Source: Ophelia neglecta
Lineage: Eukaryota
NCBI GenBank assembly: GCA_965285935.1
Contig: OZ260665.1
Location: 56,296,001-56,360,000 of the forward strand
Direction of reading: 5' to 3'
DNA length: 64,000 bases
The position numbers and the translations under genes are program-made. The notes under the pieces were generated by a model. The model ran no database searches and was not told where the DNA came from. It saw only the letters and a program-made list of their open reading frames with translations. This document shows, piece by piece, positions 1-15,700 of the stretch (positions within the stretch are counted from its first letter, which is position 1; each line of letters starts with the position of its first letter).

Positions 1-599
1 TATATTTCCTATTTCGAAATAGATTTGTCTTACTTATTGCATTTATTTTATTTCTTGTATCTCTTGTCGATATTCCTCAAAATTTTCTGCCTATTTGAAA
101 GTTCTTGCTTATCTCATATTCCCAATTCAAGTCATTTTTGTTCCGGGTTCCCTATTCGATATTACTTCTTTTATTCGAGTCAAATAAATGTGGAATAAGA
201 AAACAGAGACAAACGTGATATAATTTCATTACATATTACCCTTGCCCACTACGCAGTGTCATTGTGTTTGCTCCTAAGCTGTCCCTGAATAATAGTAACA
301 ATTTCCGCTGGTAGAGATGTATGGTTTCCAGAAAGTATGTTATACAAATTATGGAAATGTTATAAAGGTGTTATTTGAGCTGCCCTGGGTGTTATTGCGG
401 AAGATTTACATTTAATTTGCACAACTACAAAAATAAGATGGTGCCGTCCAAGAAAAAAAGCATCCCAACCAATGAGAAAGACTTTCTGCTCTGAGTTTGT
501 CCAGCCGCTATCTGAGCCACTGCATAATTAAGAAGACATTATATTTGTTTTGATGTCGATTAGTTCCAGTTTTGAGGGATGTTTGTATTCGTTTTATAG

Positions 600-746
600 A
601 TGGCCAAACTGTCTCTCCCGTCCAGGATGAAAACTCTTGTCTCGATAGATGTAGCGAGAGTTACTTTCCTGGCAAGCCCTGCTATTGCAATGACGCCTGC
701 GATCAGTACGAAAACTGTTGCTATGACTTCTACCAACAATGCAAAC
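600..746 (+). CDS. GPCR exon: somatomedin-B domain
   Basis: [36 protein letters not shown] has the 8-Cys SMB pattern; AG/GT boundaries, phase 1-1. Confidence 0.85.
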
Positions 747-3700
747 GTAAGCTAATTAAAATTATCCAATTGATTAGATTTGTCATTCTATTATGTTGTT
801 ATCTACAAGAAAAGCTAGAAGAATGACTTTACAAGGTACAAATGTTTATACTTTCCTTTTCAAAGCCTTGCAGCAAATTATAATATGCATTTGCGTGACA
901 TGTCCATGGTAATTGCATTACACAGGTTAGCTGTTTAGGCTGGTTTTATTTCAATTTAAGCTGATTTCATTTGGACCGACGAGTGGGTGGATTATGAAAC
1001 TCACTCTTACAAATATTTCGACGACCTGGGTATAACCGCAGAAGAGGCAGATGAAAAGTGCAGGCAACACGGTGCCCTCCTTGTCAGTATCAACTCGGAA
1101 CAGGAACAGGAATTCATCGTACTTCGAGTCTTACGCATGCGTACGCTTAGCGCTTTCATTGGTGCGAGTGACGCTGAAGAAGGCACGATTTCAATTACAA
1201 TTTTACTGATTAAATCAAAGCTACTATCTATGACTGTGCATTCCGAAATTGTGTGATAGTTATAGAGGTTTTTAAATTTCTAGATATATCTACCTAGAAT
1301 AAGACAGTTATGAAGGTGTCCAAATTTAAGCTTCCATACCCTTAATATGCTTGAATGGTCTAGGCAATAAAATTGCAGTTTGGTGTGTGTGTGTGTGTGT
1401 GTTTCCTGTCCTATTTATCGCGCAAAATAGGTATCTTTTATTTTTGAAGAAAACATCTTGTTAGTGATGATAACAAGTACACCTGTCACCTTGTCCGGTT
1501 GTAGAGTCGAATTGGCATTGGTTGGATGGCACTCGGATGCCCCTTCCGACCGACCCCTGGCACTCCTGGTACAAGGGCCAACCTGACAATGAGGGTGGCC
1601 TGGAGAACTGTGCCCTCATTACCAACTATAATTACTGGTCTATTAGAAAGTTGACCATGGAGAAATACACATGGAGGGACTATGTGTGCCAATATAACGA
1701 GGGACAAGAAGTTCAAGGATATATCTGTGAAAGTAAGATTCCAGAGTAACTACTAAACAAAGGGAGGCCTATTATTGTTCATGAATGATGCTGTTTCATA
1801 TTTTAGTAAATTAATCATCGTGCTCAATAGAGCCAAATTTGGGTCGAGTGAATTCGTTTTCTCGGTTTAAATTAAGTGTACACAAACGTCGTAGGGACGT
1901 GCAGGTATTGAAATTCTGCTCGAAAACTTTTGAAAATTGTTCATAATTTTGGATGAAGTAGAGCATATTCCATTTTTTGAGTTTTTTGTGTGTATCATTC
2001 ACCAGGAACGCTGCTGTGTGAGCCTAATCCCTGTGTTAATAACGGCTCCTGTGCGTACGTGGGAGGAGACGACGAGCTGACATGTGTGTGTCCTCAAGGT
2101 TTCCTCGGAGAACGATGTGAATACGAAGGTACTAAATAACTCTTTTTGTTTCCTCAAAAGCAGACAAACAGCAATAGGCCCATAGTGTGATTAATAGGAC
2201 CGATATATATATTATATGTTATTATGTGTGTGTGTAGCTTATTAAGTTTAAGATAAAGTATATAAGAATACATGAACAGAAATGTGATGAGCACTCCTGA
2301 TACTTCCTTCAATGAAATTCCCCGGACCCATGCTTAACAGAAGTATGTACATGTACATCAATTAACGCACATTAAAACAAACGCAGGTCACGCATGCTCC
2401 ATAAAGGCCTAGGTATAGGCCTATAGCGAGGAATTCGAATCATACCATGTTACCCTTATCACTTTAGTTTCAAAGCCATAACAGAAACTACCAGAAGAGG
2501 ACGTCTTTCTATATATATATACGGCCAGACGGAACATTTACATCTCTCATATGAAAATAACAATAATATTAATTAAAATATAATTTATTTGTATAACGCC
2601 AATTACAATTAAACAAGCTCACGAATACGCGTTTTATATGAGCAGATCAAATTATAGGGTAATCCATTGCTTTACATGGCATAAAAACACAGTGAAACAC
2701 GCGCACCATATAAGGCAGTCATCACATGTTATCACATTGACATAACGATAAAGATGTGTATTCCCTAATTTTCCACTATCTATTCAGATATCGTATTTAT
2801 TTAATTAGTGCATTCGGCCACATCGTTGCACCTATATATTGTTCATGATTATTAATATGATCAACCCTTTATGCCTCAATAATAGTATCGACAGTGAATT
2901 AAATGGTCCGGTCATGTGTATTTATACTATTTATCTAAACTAGGTATTTTGATAGTAATGGACTGTCATAGCTTCTTGAATTAATGAGTTCATGAAAATC
3001 ACCGCTAATGCGTTTCTCACTTAGCTCCAATTTGTATACCCATTGTGTCGTATGGTGTGCATTAAGAGTTTCATTATTAATATCCGGAGGGGGGGGGGGC
3101 AAATGTGGAACCGACATTGCAACTTCTTTTTGCCCGCTCCCCCGAAATCCCGCCTCCCCCCACCCGGATGTTGTTAATCAAGCCCACTATAATAGTATAG
3201 CCTGCTAATATGCTTTAATACTAGCGAATTTCAAGTTAGTATATAGATAAGAGAAGCGGATCGAAAAGCATTGTGAACGGGATAAATATATTTACTATGT
3301 TTGCAGTTGGTGAAGGTGTTTGGACGAGATGTGGCGAGACACATTTGATGGAGGAGAGGGGTCAGATTACGTCCCCACTCTACCCCCGTGACTACCCCGC
3401 CAACGCCCACTGCCAATGGCTCATCGAGGCCGCCAACAACCTCACACTGGCCCTCAGGTATGCTTGTGTCCTAATATACAAACACCATAGAGCAGGCCGA
3501 GTTATTGAAGAGATAAATCAATACGACATTTTCTGTACCAACACAGCCATTTCAGAAACCAGAGAACACCAACAGCAACACATGACTAACTATAAACCAG
3601 TTTAATATTATTTTGTATTTTTATTATGTTCGGTAGACCCATATGTCATACAAAGTTGGTTGTAAGAGACTTCAGTTAAGAGTAGGCCTACATATTGTTT

Positions 3701-6700
3701 TTTTTATTTATCTGGAACGCAAGATCAAAATTAAATAGGCCTAATGCATCATCTCATGAATGAGTCTGATATGTCTACTTTCGGTAAATCAGTAGGTATC
3801 GGAATAATTCTTATATACTTATATTTATTGCAAAGTTCAATTGTTGCGTGTTTTTTTTTTACTTGAATATTGTGATTAAATTTAGTCATGAAACATATTA
3901 AAAGAACAAGGGAACTTTTTCTTTCCGATAAGTTATATTATGAACTTGAAATGCAGCATATCTAGACTCCAAATTTACTTTAAGTGTCCCTCTGCTCCGA
4001 GCTGTTATTTTTTTTTCTATAATAGATCTATATTAGATGTTAGGAAGTATCTTAATATGGTTATCGCGTTCTCTCATCCGACCAGCTAAGGCAGGCGATT
4101 AGCACCCGCTGGGACGTACATTTTGCCATATATAGCATCGATTAGGCCTAAGTGGCCATAGCCTTGGTGAAAATGTGTATTGTGATTGAAGCAAAAACCG
4201 ATTGATAATCGATCAATTTGGCGAGTTTAATATAATGTCGTGTTATGAGTTGCAACTTCTGACTTGACCAGACATGTGTCCTTCGATTTTATTCGGAATT
4301 CCTAGGCTGTGGCAAAGAGGGCAAACAACACCTCCCCCCCCCCCTCCACCCAGTCGTCCCTGTGACACATCAATCCAGTGTATACACATAATGAACGTGT
4401 ATAGAGTAATATGATTACCGAAATGGACAAACATGGGCAGTTTTATTAACACCTCACGCAATTTTATGTGCATTTTTATTTCGTATGAATGAACTCCCCT
4501 ACTCCATACTAGCTACATATTGATAATTTTTTAGTTAAAGATTTGAACGTGATCGGCTTTAATAACTAAACGCTGTGACTTTCACTCACCACAAACAAAA
4601 GCTGGATTCAATTAGTATTTTGTGCAAAAGTGGTCATATTTTGGGTAACTTTTTGAATTTCAGAATACGTTGTTTATATATCTGATGATAATGCTTATCA
4701 ATATTTTAAATAGTTTTTATTGTATTAAGAAGCATATTTATAGTTCCCACGTGGGGTGTGGGTAGGACGGGGGGCATAATTGTTTTCTTGTCTATAGCTC
4801 AGTATTATTCCTTTTATTTTTCGAACATTAACTCATAATATAAATAGTGCTGGCATGGGTAATTCAGGGGTATGAATATTTATGTTTCAATCTGATTTTA
4901 ATTCCTGTTCCTCCATTTCCTTATAATTTTTTTCCAAAAACATTAGCAGTGTACATCAGCAATTAGTTGATTACACGTGTATAAATAAACACTTAGAAAA
5001 GATAAACTACATTTCGATATTATGAGAAAGTATGTATACAAAGTAAAAAATAACAAGTTTTACCAAATTGGTGGGTCTTTTTGAGTGCTTAGATATAGGC
5101 ATATTAATTAGGCCTTATAGGTCTTTATGCCGTTAGCCAGGATTGTTCCCCTTTTGGCAATTAATCAAATTCAGCAACATGCAGCAAAGCTAGAAATGTC
5201 CATAATGGATGCAGTAAAGACGTAATTGGCAAAGCATTAAATACTCAACTGCTCAAGCATCATTGTGTTTCTCTTTGAGCATAGTCCTTTATATATAGGA
5301 CTCCATTCAAGGAAAGCACATCCACGCCATGGTCCGTCTCACCTTACGTATTACTGATGTCATTTACGAGTTGAAAAGAACCCACGACAATATATCCTAA
5401 TCAAACCCGGTTACCGCTAGTGTAAACCATTAGTCTTCCGGTTGGACAATTTGGCAATATCAATTGTGTAAACCATTAGTCTTCCGCTTTGACCATTTGG
5501 CAATATCAATTTCCTTAATTGACGTAATTGCCAAAAGCCCAAAAGTAATAAACTAAGAGAGGAGGGAGGGAGGGAAATGGATACTGTTGAGACCTTGAAT
5601 GCGTTCACAATATCAGTACCGTTAACTTAGCTTCATTTTTGTCAATGGCGTATTATCCCACTTAACCCCTGGCCCGTGGCGCAACTGGGCCACAACGGCT
5701 AGCTCTAGTTTGATGGAGATGATTGTCACCAACTCTTGTAAAGTTACTCATAAAACAATAACATAAAGTCATAAAATAAATTCTGCTTAGCACATTCAAC
5801 CAGGACAATTCCTTGGGAAAGGACATGTCAATATGAGACCTATAGTATCTAAGCCATATATGACACGAATAGCCTTGTTTTTGACACACGCGTTTTTGTG
5901 CAAGAGGGCAAAAGTTGATACCAAAATTTGCAGCTATGATCAAAATACGACTGCAATAATGCACAACATAATAATATCCTGACATAAGGTATCAAATAAT
6001 TTTGCTTCCCATACAAAACGCGAGTTAATTTTCTTAGCATGGTAGAACCCAAACAGTTCCCAGTCGAATTACAATCAATTAACCCTCATAGGTTTCTAAT
6101 CTCAATTACAAAATTTGTCTTCGATACCATCACATCTCATAGTTCATTAAGATGATTTTGACAATCGTCTGTTAGTACCAAAAAGTAAACTTTCTGCTTC
6201 ACCTGGTCTAAAAAAGAGATAGCTTGTTTTCTATAAGCCACTCACACACTAATCTATTTTCCACATATCTGCGGCGTCCTATTTCAATCATTTTTTTTTT
6301 ACCTTTTTTACCACCAATGCGGAATTATCTGTTTATAGAAATACATCACTGTTAACTGAACACATTCATATCATTCATATATTAGAGCAAGAACAATGGT
6401 CCTAAGATTGAGCCTTGCGGCACTTCACGTGTTACGGCAGTGTAACAGACCATAAACCACAAGCATCAACTGTCTGCTTACTACATCTAAAATAGGATTT
6501 AAATCAGAAAATAACACTGGGGTCTAGCCCAATAGCAGTCTGTTTATCTAAAGAAGTTAATGGTTTAACAGTACAAATATGGTGGGGGTAATTCTACCAT
6601 TCAGAGTACACGGTCGCCTACTCATTTTGTAATAATTCGTATGCAAGGTCGTATGACTTTTTTTTTATCAATATCAGTCTTAATTACTCAAATGAAAAAT

Positions 6701-9700
6701 ATCTCATAAATGCTAAATAAAAACTCATTAATGCTAGTTTAATTCAGTGCACGCCTCTAAAATGTAGATGATCTTGCAGTTTGGAACATTTATTTTAAGG
6801 TAAGAAAAAATAAAGGAAAATAAAAGTAAAAATGGACAAATTTAGATGTTGGAGAATAACAAACTGTCAAGGTGTGGCTTAGTTGAAGATGTTGTCGAGT
6901 TTTCGATTAAGTTAGAAACAACATAGCTGAGTTACATCGCTTTGAAGCAAACCAAACTGGTTAAGTGCAAGGCCAGACGTGATAGGCTAAGACACGACAG
7001 ATGAAATCCAACCCGGCTCAGTGCAAGGCCAGAAGTGATAGGCTGAGATGCGGCAGGTGCGGAGCGATATAACTCAAGACATTCAAGGCCAACCACTCTT
7101 TGAATTGGGTTATTTTCCATCATTTGAGAAGGTTTTGTGTTGGCACCTTTAGTCGACATAAAACATTGAAAGTCTTCATGTTTTATCGACTAAAGGAGTC
7201 AACTCAAGAAAAACACCACAAAAGAGAATAGCAAATCAAAAATAGATGTTTCTAAGAACTAGACCTTCATCTGAGGTTCACTTGAGAGCCGTGACATCTG
7301 GGAGGGTAATAAACAACTCCCTTGGGAGATAAAAATCAGTTTAAAACCTTTAAATTACCCCCTCGTCTTCATTCCTTCTCGGTTCAACAGTAATAATCAA
7401 AACCCCCACATAAAACCGTTCACTCATTGTAAATAGTGTGAATTCGGTCTTCTGAATGTTTTTTTAATTCTTGCTCGCCAGTTTTACTTCCTTTGCCATT
7501 GAGGAGGTAAAGAACTGTGTCTTTGACTCGATAACGATTTACGATGGCAGTTCTGTCGAGTCACCCTTGTTATTTGGCCCCGCATGTGGCGAAGACATAC
7601 CATCACAAGGCAGCAATAAATCAATGAAGTAAGACTTATTTATAATAATCAGTATGAAAAGTGTATATATCGGCGTGCTTGCCTAAATTCAAATCTCATG
7701 TCGGCTTTTCGTTCTTTTGATGGCTGATAAACTGATGTTCTTGGCTGATAAGATACGAATTGAACGAATTTATAGTCCTTATTGAGTTTATCAAACCTCA
7801 AATTTTTAGAAATCGACACTTTGATGGGTTATGATCAAGTGAAATAAACAATAGGACTATTGTTATTGTTCAGTATATTTGACGCTTTGGTTTAAAATAT
7901 TGATATCAACCAAATGTATATATCATCGAGTTTCGCTAGTCGTATGAATGGAAGTTGATATTAAAGTTATTGGCGAACCTTGATTGGTATAAATTAGTTA
8001 AATACCAATACGTTTGTTTTCATTGACCGTAAATGTAACAGTTACTTATTGTTTATAGCCTCATAATCGCAATTTAGCACATCAGAAGAACTTAAATCAG
8101 TTATCAGTTAAATAAAAGCCTAACAATTTCAGGGATATAATTTCGTCTGGGAACTCTGTTTTGGTCATTTTCACCTCCGATGATTCCATGCAGAAGCCTG
8201 GGTTTCGATTGAATTTTGAACAACAAAGTAAGTTGCTTTTTGATGGTACACAGTCGAAAACAAAGGCAATGCATCGAAATTTTTGATTAACATATACTTT
8301 TACAGAATGCGGCCTCGGTGTTGGCGATTCTGGATGTGGTACCAGGCGCATGTTTGAGTCGCAGTGCGGTAGTATAGATGTTGTCACTGGGCCTACTTTC
8401 GGAGAAACGTGTGATTTCTTCATCCGGGTAGAAAAAAGTCTGCGTCTCAAACTGAAGTTTCTTAAGTTTCGCTTGGCTGACATGGGTAGGTCAAATGTCT
8501 AAATATCAGGTTGAGATTATTATCGCAAGGTCAGTGTTTTAACACACCCGCAATAGGCTTATATCTTAAATTAATTTGATCATCGTTCATCAGATTATTG
8601 AGCCTTCGCCGAATTCACAACCTTTCAGATGATACGTAAGCACACTTATCTTAAATTACTGGCCAACTGTGGCAAATCAAATTTAAATTGACGTGGCGAA
8701 CTACACATAAAAGTGGTTAATTATTATAATGAACGGTTTTTTCTCTAAATGTCAAAATTGAAGCACGACCGAACAAACGTGGATATTCGTGGATCATTTC
8801 AATTTGCCAATGATATAAGCCTAATGTACGTAAATATTTAGTAAATTTAATTATTCGCGTCATCATAAGAACAACTGTCCAATCCATATTTTGGCTGTTC
8901 AATTTGATATATGATATACGCTAAAAGGCAATTATGATATGTATAATTTTTCTGATAAACTGACTGATTTAAAACGTGTGTTTTGTATCAATAAACTCTT
9001 ATGACAGTGATGCCTTATTCGTGCCTTAAAATAACAATTTGGGTGTGCTATCGCAATATTGAATAAACGTCAAAAATATCTGACTAATACCATTAGGAGC
9101 TTTGTTTATACTAATTTCCTTCATTGTATAACCAAACTATTGAATAATGCGATCTACAATACTAGCTAAGTAAAGTTTTTTTATTCATTATCTTGTTTCA
9201 TTTTACAAACTTGCTTGTGATGGGAAAGAGTTAAAATAAATTGATGATCCAGTTATTTTCCTAAAGTTGCGCAGTGGTCAGATGCCCTTATCTTATGTCT
9301 GGTTATCTTTCGCAATAAATTGTTGATAAATATCATAGCTCTTTGCACGAATCGAAACTTGTTTATCACTGCATATTATCCAGGCATGGGCTGCGTCCGT
9401 GGTTCGCTGTCAGTCTACTCCGGAAGTGATGCCACCGGGCATCTTGTCGGCAAATTTTGCGGGCGACGTTTCCCGTTTCAACTGATTTCGCACAGCAACG
9501 AAATTTACATTCAGCTGGAAAATATTCCGTGGAAAACGGCGTCAGACTCTCTGGAATTCCAATACGAAACATTTGGTAATTAATATTGTTGAATATCTCA
9601 GAGCATTGTGCGCAAACTGTTAAGATATAGATGTGTCTGTCAATCGTCCAATACATCAACATCTTAATTCATTTAATACATTACTTCGTTTCATGAACAA

Positions 9701-12700
9701 GCAACAACAAGCAAATGTACTTATATGTTTTCTTTATTTAATTTGTATAGTTTAACTTGTTTAATTCGGGTTTGAGCACTTGGGTTGCAGCCTGAGAAAC
9801 AAATACAGCAACATTTCAAATTATGACACGTCTTCGAGGAAATCGAATCTTTCCTTGAATGTACAATCCAGTACGGTTACTCAGCAATCAAAAAAATGCG
9901 GATAGCTTTGCGGTTTACTTATTTTCTTTTCGTGTGCTCAAGATCCTTCAGTTACGGTGACCGGAAATGCTTACACTGAATTGTCAGGACGACACATTTC
10001 ATTATCGACCCTGGCGTCTCCGGTCAATATCCAAACCTCGAATGTGAGCACCTATAGATGGCTACTCAAAGTACCACATGGTGAGCAGGTTCGCCTGGCA
10101 TGGACGCTTGAAAACAGCATCAACTCTTCTTTGAAGGTAGATATTTCAATCACTCACACCACATTTTTTGGTAAATTCATAGACGTCTTCCACAGTTAAG
10201 CTAGCTTGTTTAAAAACACCTATAGATCTAGCCTCATACGCTGTACTTCATAAATATGAACACAATGATGTCTATGCAGTAAAGTTCCTTAATTTTAAAT
10301 TATATTATCTTAGATTTTCGGAGGGTTTATTGAAGAGTCGGGATTGCTGTATCAAATTCAAACTACGTCAACCAGCTATAAAACCATATCCCATGAGATA
10401 ATTGTTAAGCACACATTCCAAATTCTGGTTGTTTTGCACAAGGGACGATCTCAGGACTATGATATGGAATTTAGCGCCGAATTGACATCAGTTGGTAGGT
10501 TAATTTAGCGTTAGCATCTGTGCTAAAAGTCACATCGAGAGAATGGATCTTTACTCCTATAACTACCGACACACTTGTCGTCTAGATATATGCTTTAATG
10601 AGACCAGCAGCCACAAAAATCTGAGCATGCGAAACCCCCCAAAAAATGCATGTCATTATATTTCCAGAATGGCATCCGGTGTATTCAGGCTGTTACCGGC
10701 CTCTTTTCTTCTCGAATACTTCTAGCGGCGGCACAGAGAATAACCTCATCACTCATATGGAGCCCGTTGCCTTAATGGTTTCCGCCAAGGCGTTTGATAA
10801 AAACAAACCGGGTTATGAGAATGGTGCGTATATTGTTCTGAGAATGTACTTGACAACTTATCACGAAAAACAACATTTATGCTTGTTTTCGCTAAAGCTA
10901 TAAATATATTTATTTAGAGTACAGAAACTCCACATTGCATGTAGAGTTCCTGGCGAATGCATTATCTTATAGTATGTCATTGAGTTTCTTAGAAAATATG
11001 ACACAATTCCTGGCCTCGACTGCTGTTGTTTGTCGTCTCCTCGGGGCATACACTTGGAATCAGACTTGGAATCAGACTGGACAAGATTCGCAAATAACTG
11101 AGATAACTGAGCGGTTTAGATGCATAGCTTTCAATAAACTCAAAAGCACACTGTTTGAATATGCTGTCCAAAAAGATAAATCCATCCTGAGACACTTACT
11201 CTGATCGTTGTGTATAGACCATTCGCTTATGCTGATCGACTGATTTTTTGTTTTACAGTACGGGTTGAGCGCGTTAGTTGTATAGTTTCTAATGGTACAT
11301 AATGATAAAAAAAGATACAATGAAAGTGACAAATGGGCCAAACAGAAGCTGCATACAGCTTAGGATGCCCCTTTGGCAAATAATAAATCATCATTTTTTG
11401 GTGTAAACAATATAAACACAGTGAATTTTCACCAGATCACTTAAAATGACATTCACCAATATATTCATTTTAATATTTTTTTTCAAAGAAGACAACAAGC
11501 AATTATATAATCAAGGATCGGGAGCATATAAATATAAGCAAGTTCACCCTGGTAACGCAACGTGAGGGACATCGCCATAGAGATTATGGGAGGAACATGT
11601 TACATGTTTGACTGCCTCAGATATTGTTCCTTAATTTCTAATTTCGGTTATGATTGATAGTTGTATCAGGCCATGTATGAATTATTTCATATAGATCCGG
11701 CAATGATATGAACATATTAATATCAATACATACGTTATGAATTTTAAAGTGCAACATTAAGCTTATTCTGATTGGTGTAGTCTTCATGATGCATGACTAT
11801 TCCTAACAAGAATTAAGTTTAGATTTACCTGTTTTTGTTGTCTTGCCTGGCAGGTGTCTATTGTAAATGGCTGCTGGAAGGCGAGGAGGCGAGCAACCTG
11901 CGACTGAGGGTGATAAATGCCAGCGTGTTCCCCGTCACGGAGTCCTGTGACTATGATGGTTTGGTAGTATATGACGGCAGAGACACCACTGGAAAAAAAT
12001 ATGGTCTATATTAGTTTATATTCAATTAAATGGGCTTTTTGCTTATATTTAAACTAATATCATAACTGATAAACTAATAATGAATGTAGACATAATATTT
12101 AGATGTAATGAAATTGAATCTTTTTCAGGGCCATTTTGTGGATCGGTGGACCTCAAATCATTGGATGTCAAAGCATCTTCTAATCATTTCTTGGTTGTTT
12201 TCTACTCCGATCGAAGTGGCGGCTGGAGAGATGGTGGCCTTGTACAGGCTATTGTCACGGCGGAAAAAAGTAATGCAAAGACTCTTTAGAAAACCAGATA
12301 TCATATAGTTCTACCGATTGCAAATGTCCTCTGTGTGCCAACCATTTCTCTCAACAATATAAGAAAAAACAAGAAAGGAAATGACAAAATGCAATGCTCC
12401 ACACTTTTGCGATGGATCTGTTATCTGTTATTTAGTTATGTATCACGAAATGACAATCTTATCACCAAACACAGCCTATTATTAAGTTTTAAAAACACTT
12501 GCCCACTTTAAATTAAACCATTATGGTAAAGAAATTAAAAGAAAGGCTTAGATTGCTATTTTCAACAAAATATGATAATATTACCTATAAGAAACAATAT
12601 AATATAGGGCGAATATTTGTTTTTTTCAATATAGACAATATTAATGTTAATATGCACACTCACATAAACATAGACATAAAAAATGGACCCTTTCGCTTTG

Positions 12701-15700
12701 AAGCTGGAGAGGAACCATGGCCAGTTTTTGTAATGGACAAGCAAACGGAGAGGCTGTTGGTACCCCGAGGTGTGCTCCTCTCCCCAGGATTCCCGGGACT
12801 GGTCCGTGCTAACAAGTGGAACTGGCTCCTTCAGGGCCCCGAGGGGGCCCATTTCACTCTCTATATACACTATATCAGAGGCCCTGCAGTGCCGGACGAT
12901 TGTGACCAGTTCTTTCGATGTGAGTAAAAAAAACTTATTTAACCGTATGCAAGCTATATAATCTAAGGACGCTCCACTACTTCCCCTCCCTGCCCGAAGG
13001 GCAATAGTATTAAAACTATACTAGGTGACATCGGCGATCGATATCCAACTTATTTAACATTTAGAGGTCGATAAAACGACATCAAAAGTACATTGTGACA
13101 TACAAAATTTCCAAAATATAAGAACGCATTGTTGGGACTAACTTAGGCATGACGTCCGTAAACCCAGCGCATTACGTTGTGCAAATGTTATACGTGAACT
13201 TTCATGGATTTTTTTATAGACATATAAAGCTAACTCTGGTCACGTTTTTATGCCTGTCAAATTAATAAAGTTCGTTTAATAGAGGGATAAATATACCATA
13301 TTACCCCTTGTCTTTTCAGTGGTGGAAGTGTCTAAAGATGCCAATCAATTAAGTCAGTACGAGGCCAATATGTTTAATAGCTGTGGCGACACCGACCTGT
13401 TCTTTCCTCCGAAAAGGATCCGGGTATGCCTACTCAAATTGTGTGCAATCTTTTATGAAACTGAGTCGATAAAGCCGCTGATCATTATGATTGGACACGT
13501 CTCTAAAGCTATTGCTTACAAAATAAAATGTCAATATGTATCTAATCGCGGTGACATCGATATTTGCCTGACCAAGGTGTCACCCAAGCATGTTTTCCTG
13601 ACTAAAGTGCAACCTAATCATGTATCTGTTTGTAGTACACAGGATTGTAGAATATTCAGGAAGAAGTTTAAAAATTCCTCACAGTTAACTGTCACTCTAA
13701 AGCTTAAAGTGGTCGTGACTGCTAACCTAGGACTCCTGAATGTGTACTGCACTTCATCATAATTGAATATTATATAGTAAACATTGACATTCAACATTTA
13801 AAAAATAGGGGCATGGACAAGAGAATGGACGTAGGTTAATTAAAATGTTTTTTATTGTTATTTTTTTCTTAGTATAAAATTGATTTATATGCCACATTAA
13901 CACCTGATATATTAGCACTAAAATTTTCAAAATGCGTAGACAATTCATCTATCTCAAATAACATATGTAGCGGTGGAAAAGACCATACATGTATATAAAG
14001 ACCTTTTATGATATAGGCTAGAGATTATCAACTTTGCTCAATGGACTAATGAGATCAGTATTAAGATTTGAATTTTCACACAACAAAAATCGAACAGCTT
14101 ACTAGATCAATAATCTAGGTCATCACCATTTTGAGATTATAGGTTATGCTTACAGGCTGCTCAAATTTGATCGAAATCGGCCAATCTACGATTCAGTGAG
14201 GTATCAAATTTAAGTATTTTCAGCATTAGGAAGAGACTAGGAATATTTATTCTTATAAACCGAAATTAGATCATATACAGTAGATGAATACTGACAGAGA
14301 TGTAAGTTCCAGTTCCGGTCTGAACAGACTCACATACACTAAACATGTTCATGGTGTATGGCCTATAGCGACACGTGTCGCTATAACGTTTATAAAAATA
14401 ATGTTATGTGTGGACAATTATTTTTCTATCAAGAATATAAAACAGAAACCCACGCATACATTCACCTTACTTGGTACAATTTATAAAATATTTTGTATAG
14501 ATTATTAAGCGGTCTATTGACCGTGTATAGTGTCACTAGTTCACACAGGCCAATATATTATGTTCATTTACTTGATTCAGATATAACGCTGGTATTTAGA
14601 AACTTTTTTGTCCTCATAATAGAGGCCAAGGCGCCTGCGTGAGTTAATTTTTTTTCTTCTTTTATGCCTTCTACCGTGTATATATACAGTAGAATGTATA
14701 ACAAGAAGAGTAACAGAGTTGGCGTGGAAGAGTGCTGCTGTGGTTTTGCAAGTATGAGACTGCCGTGTGATTGTCTGAGTGTAGACTGTCCATTTAGTGT
14801 TCTAGTTGATGTGCTCAAATCTCCAGAGTCAGCAGAGTCACCTGCATTTCCAAGAAGAAAAGAAATAAACATTTCAGGGTCCTCCAGACAGTAAGGTGGC
14901 CGTCCGTCTTAACACGCTGGCGAGCGCCATCATGAACCGCTGGGAGTTTAAGATGTCTTTCCTTATTGACTACATGGAACCTCCTGTTAACTTTAATGGT
15001 AGACCTATATTATATTATCATGGGTTTTATGATTTTTAAGCGCTTGATTCGCCAAGTCCCAATTTAAAAAAAAAATATTGTCTGATCCCATGTATGCCTA
15101 AATGAACACATGAAAGCCATGTAACAATTTAATTTGAAATCTCATTCAATTGCTATTTCTATTCATGGATTGTTCCGGCAACCTTCGATCAGTTTCTTTT
15201 AAAATATTACCTAATATGCAAACGGTGGTTTTCTTTTCAGTAAGTGGTCCATGTCCATCCAATTATTACGGGTACGGAGACTACTGTTACCGGTATTACT
15301 TCTGGGCAGGTCCTCACTACCTCAAGGAATACGCCTTCCAGGAAACTTGGCAGACTGCACTCTCCCAGTGCGAAAAGGAAAACGGAACTCTCGCCTCCAT
15401 CCACAGTGAAGAGGAAGCATACTGGATCAAGGTAGATTACTGGAATAGTCTTTCTAGCCTTTGATGCCATGAATCAGACGAATGGCCTGAAGCTGCACCT
15501 GAGTTCTTTAAACTGTATGTCACGGGCACGGGAAGACCTGTGGCAATTTTGCTGGGGGTCGGCGAGGCTGTTCCACTATGGAGTGCCATCAACTCTCCAA
15601 ACTATAAGGCATGTTCTCCCAACAAGAAACATTACTATCATCATTCCCTTCCTCTCTAGGAAGAGTATGAATAGGACTCTCGGGATCAAGTGGGCAGATG

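Noticed and set aside
3073-3180. G-run/C-run inverted structures (also ~23735-23790, 27725-27770, 36270-36295, 39810-40015) as G-quadruplex regulators
   Set aside because: Recurrent homopolymer tracts, probably from decayed small MITEs; nothing supports a specific function
8097-8483. 128-aa minus-strand ORF, and similar antisense ORFs (e.g. 9366-9662, 12562-12870, 22828-23079, 48512-48961, 52797-53189, 55837-56115)
   Set aside because: Antisense shadows of real plus-strand exons; no independent motifs
13424-13762. Extension of the 147-aa ORF beyond 13423
   Set aside because: A GT donor at 13424 gives an in-phase join to 14878; the rest reads as intron run-through
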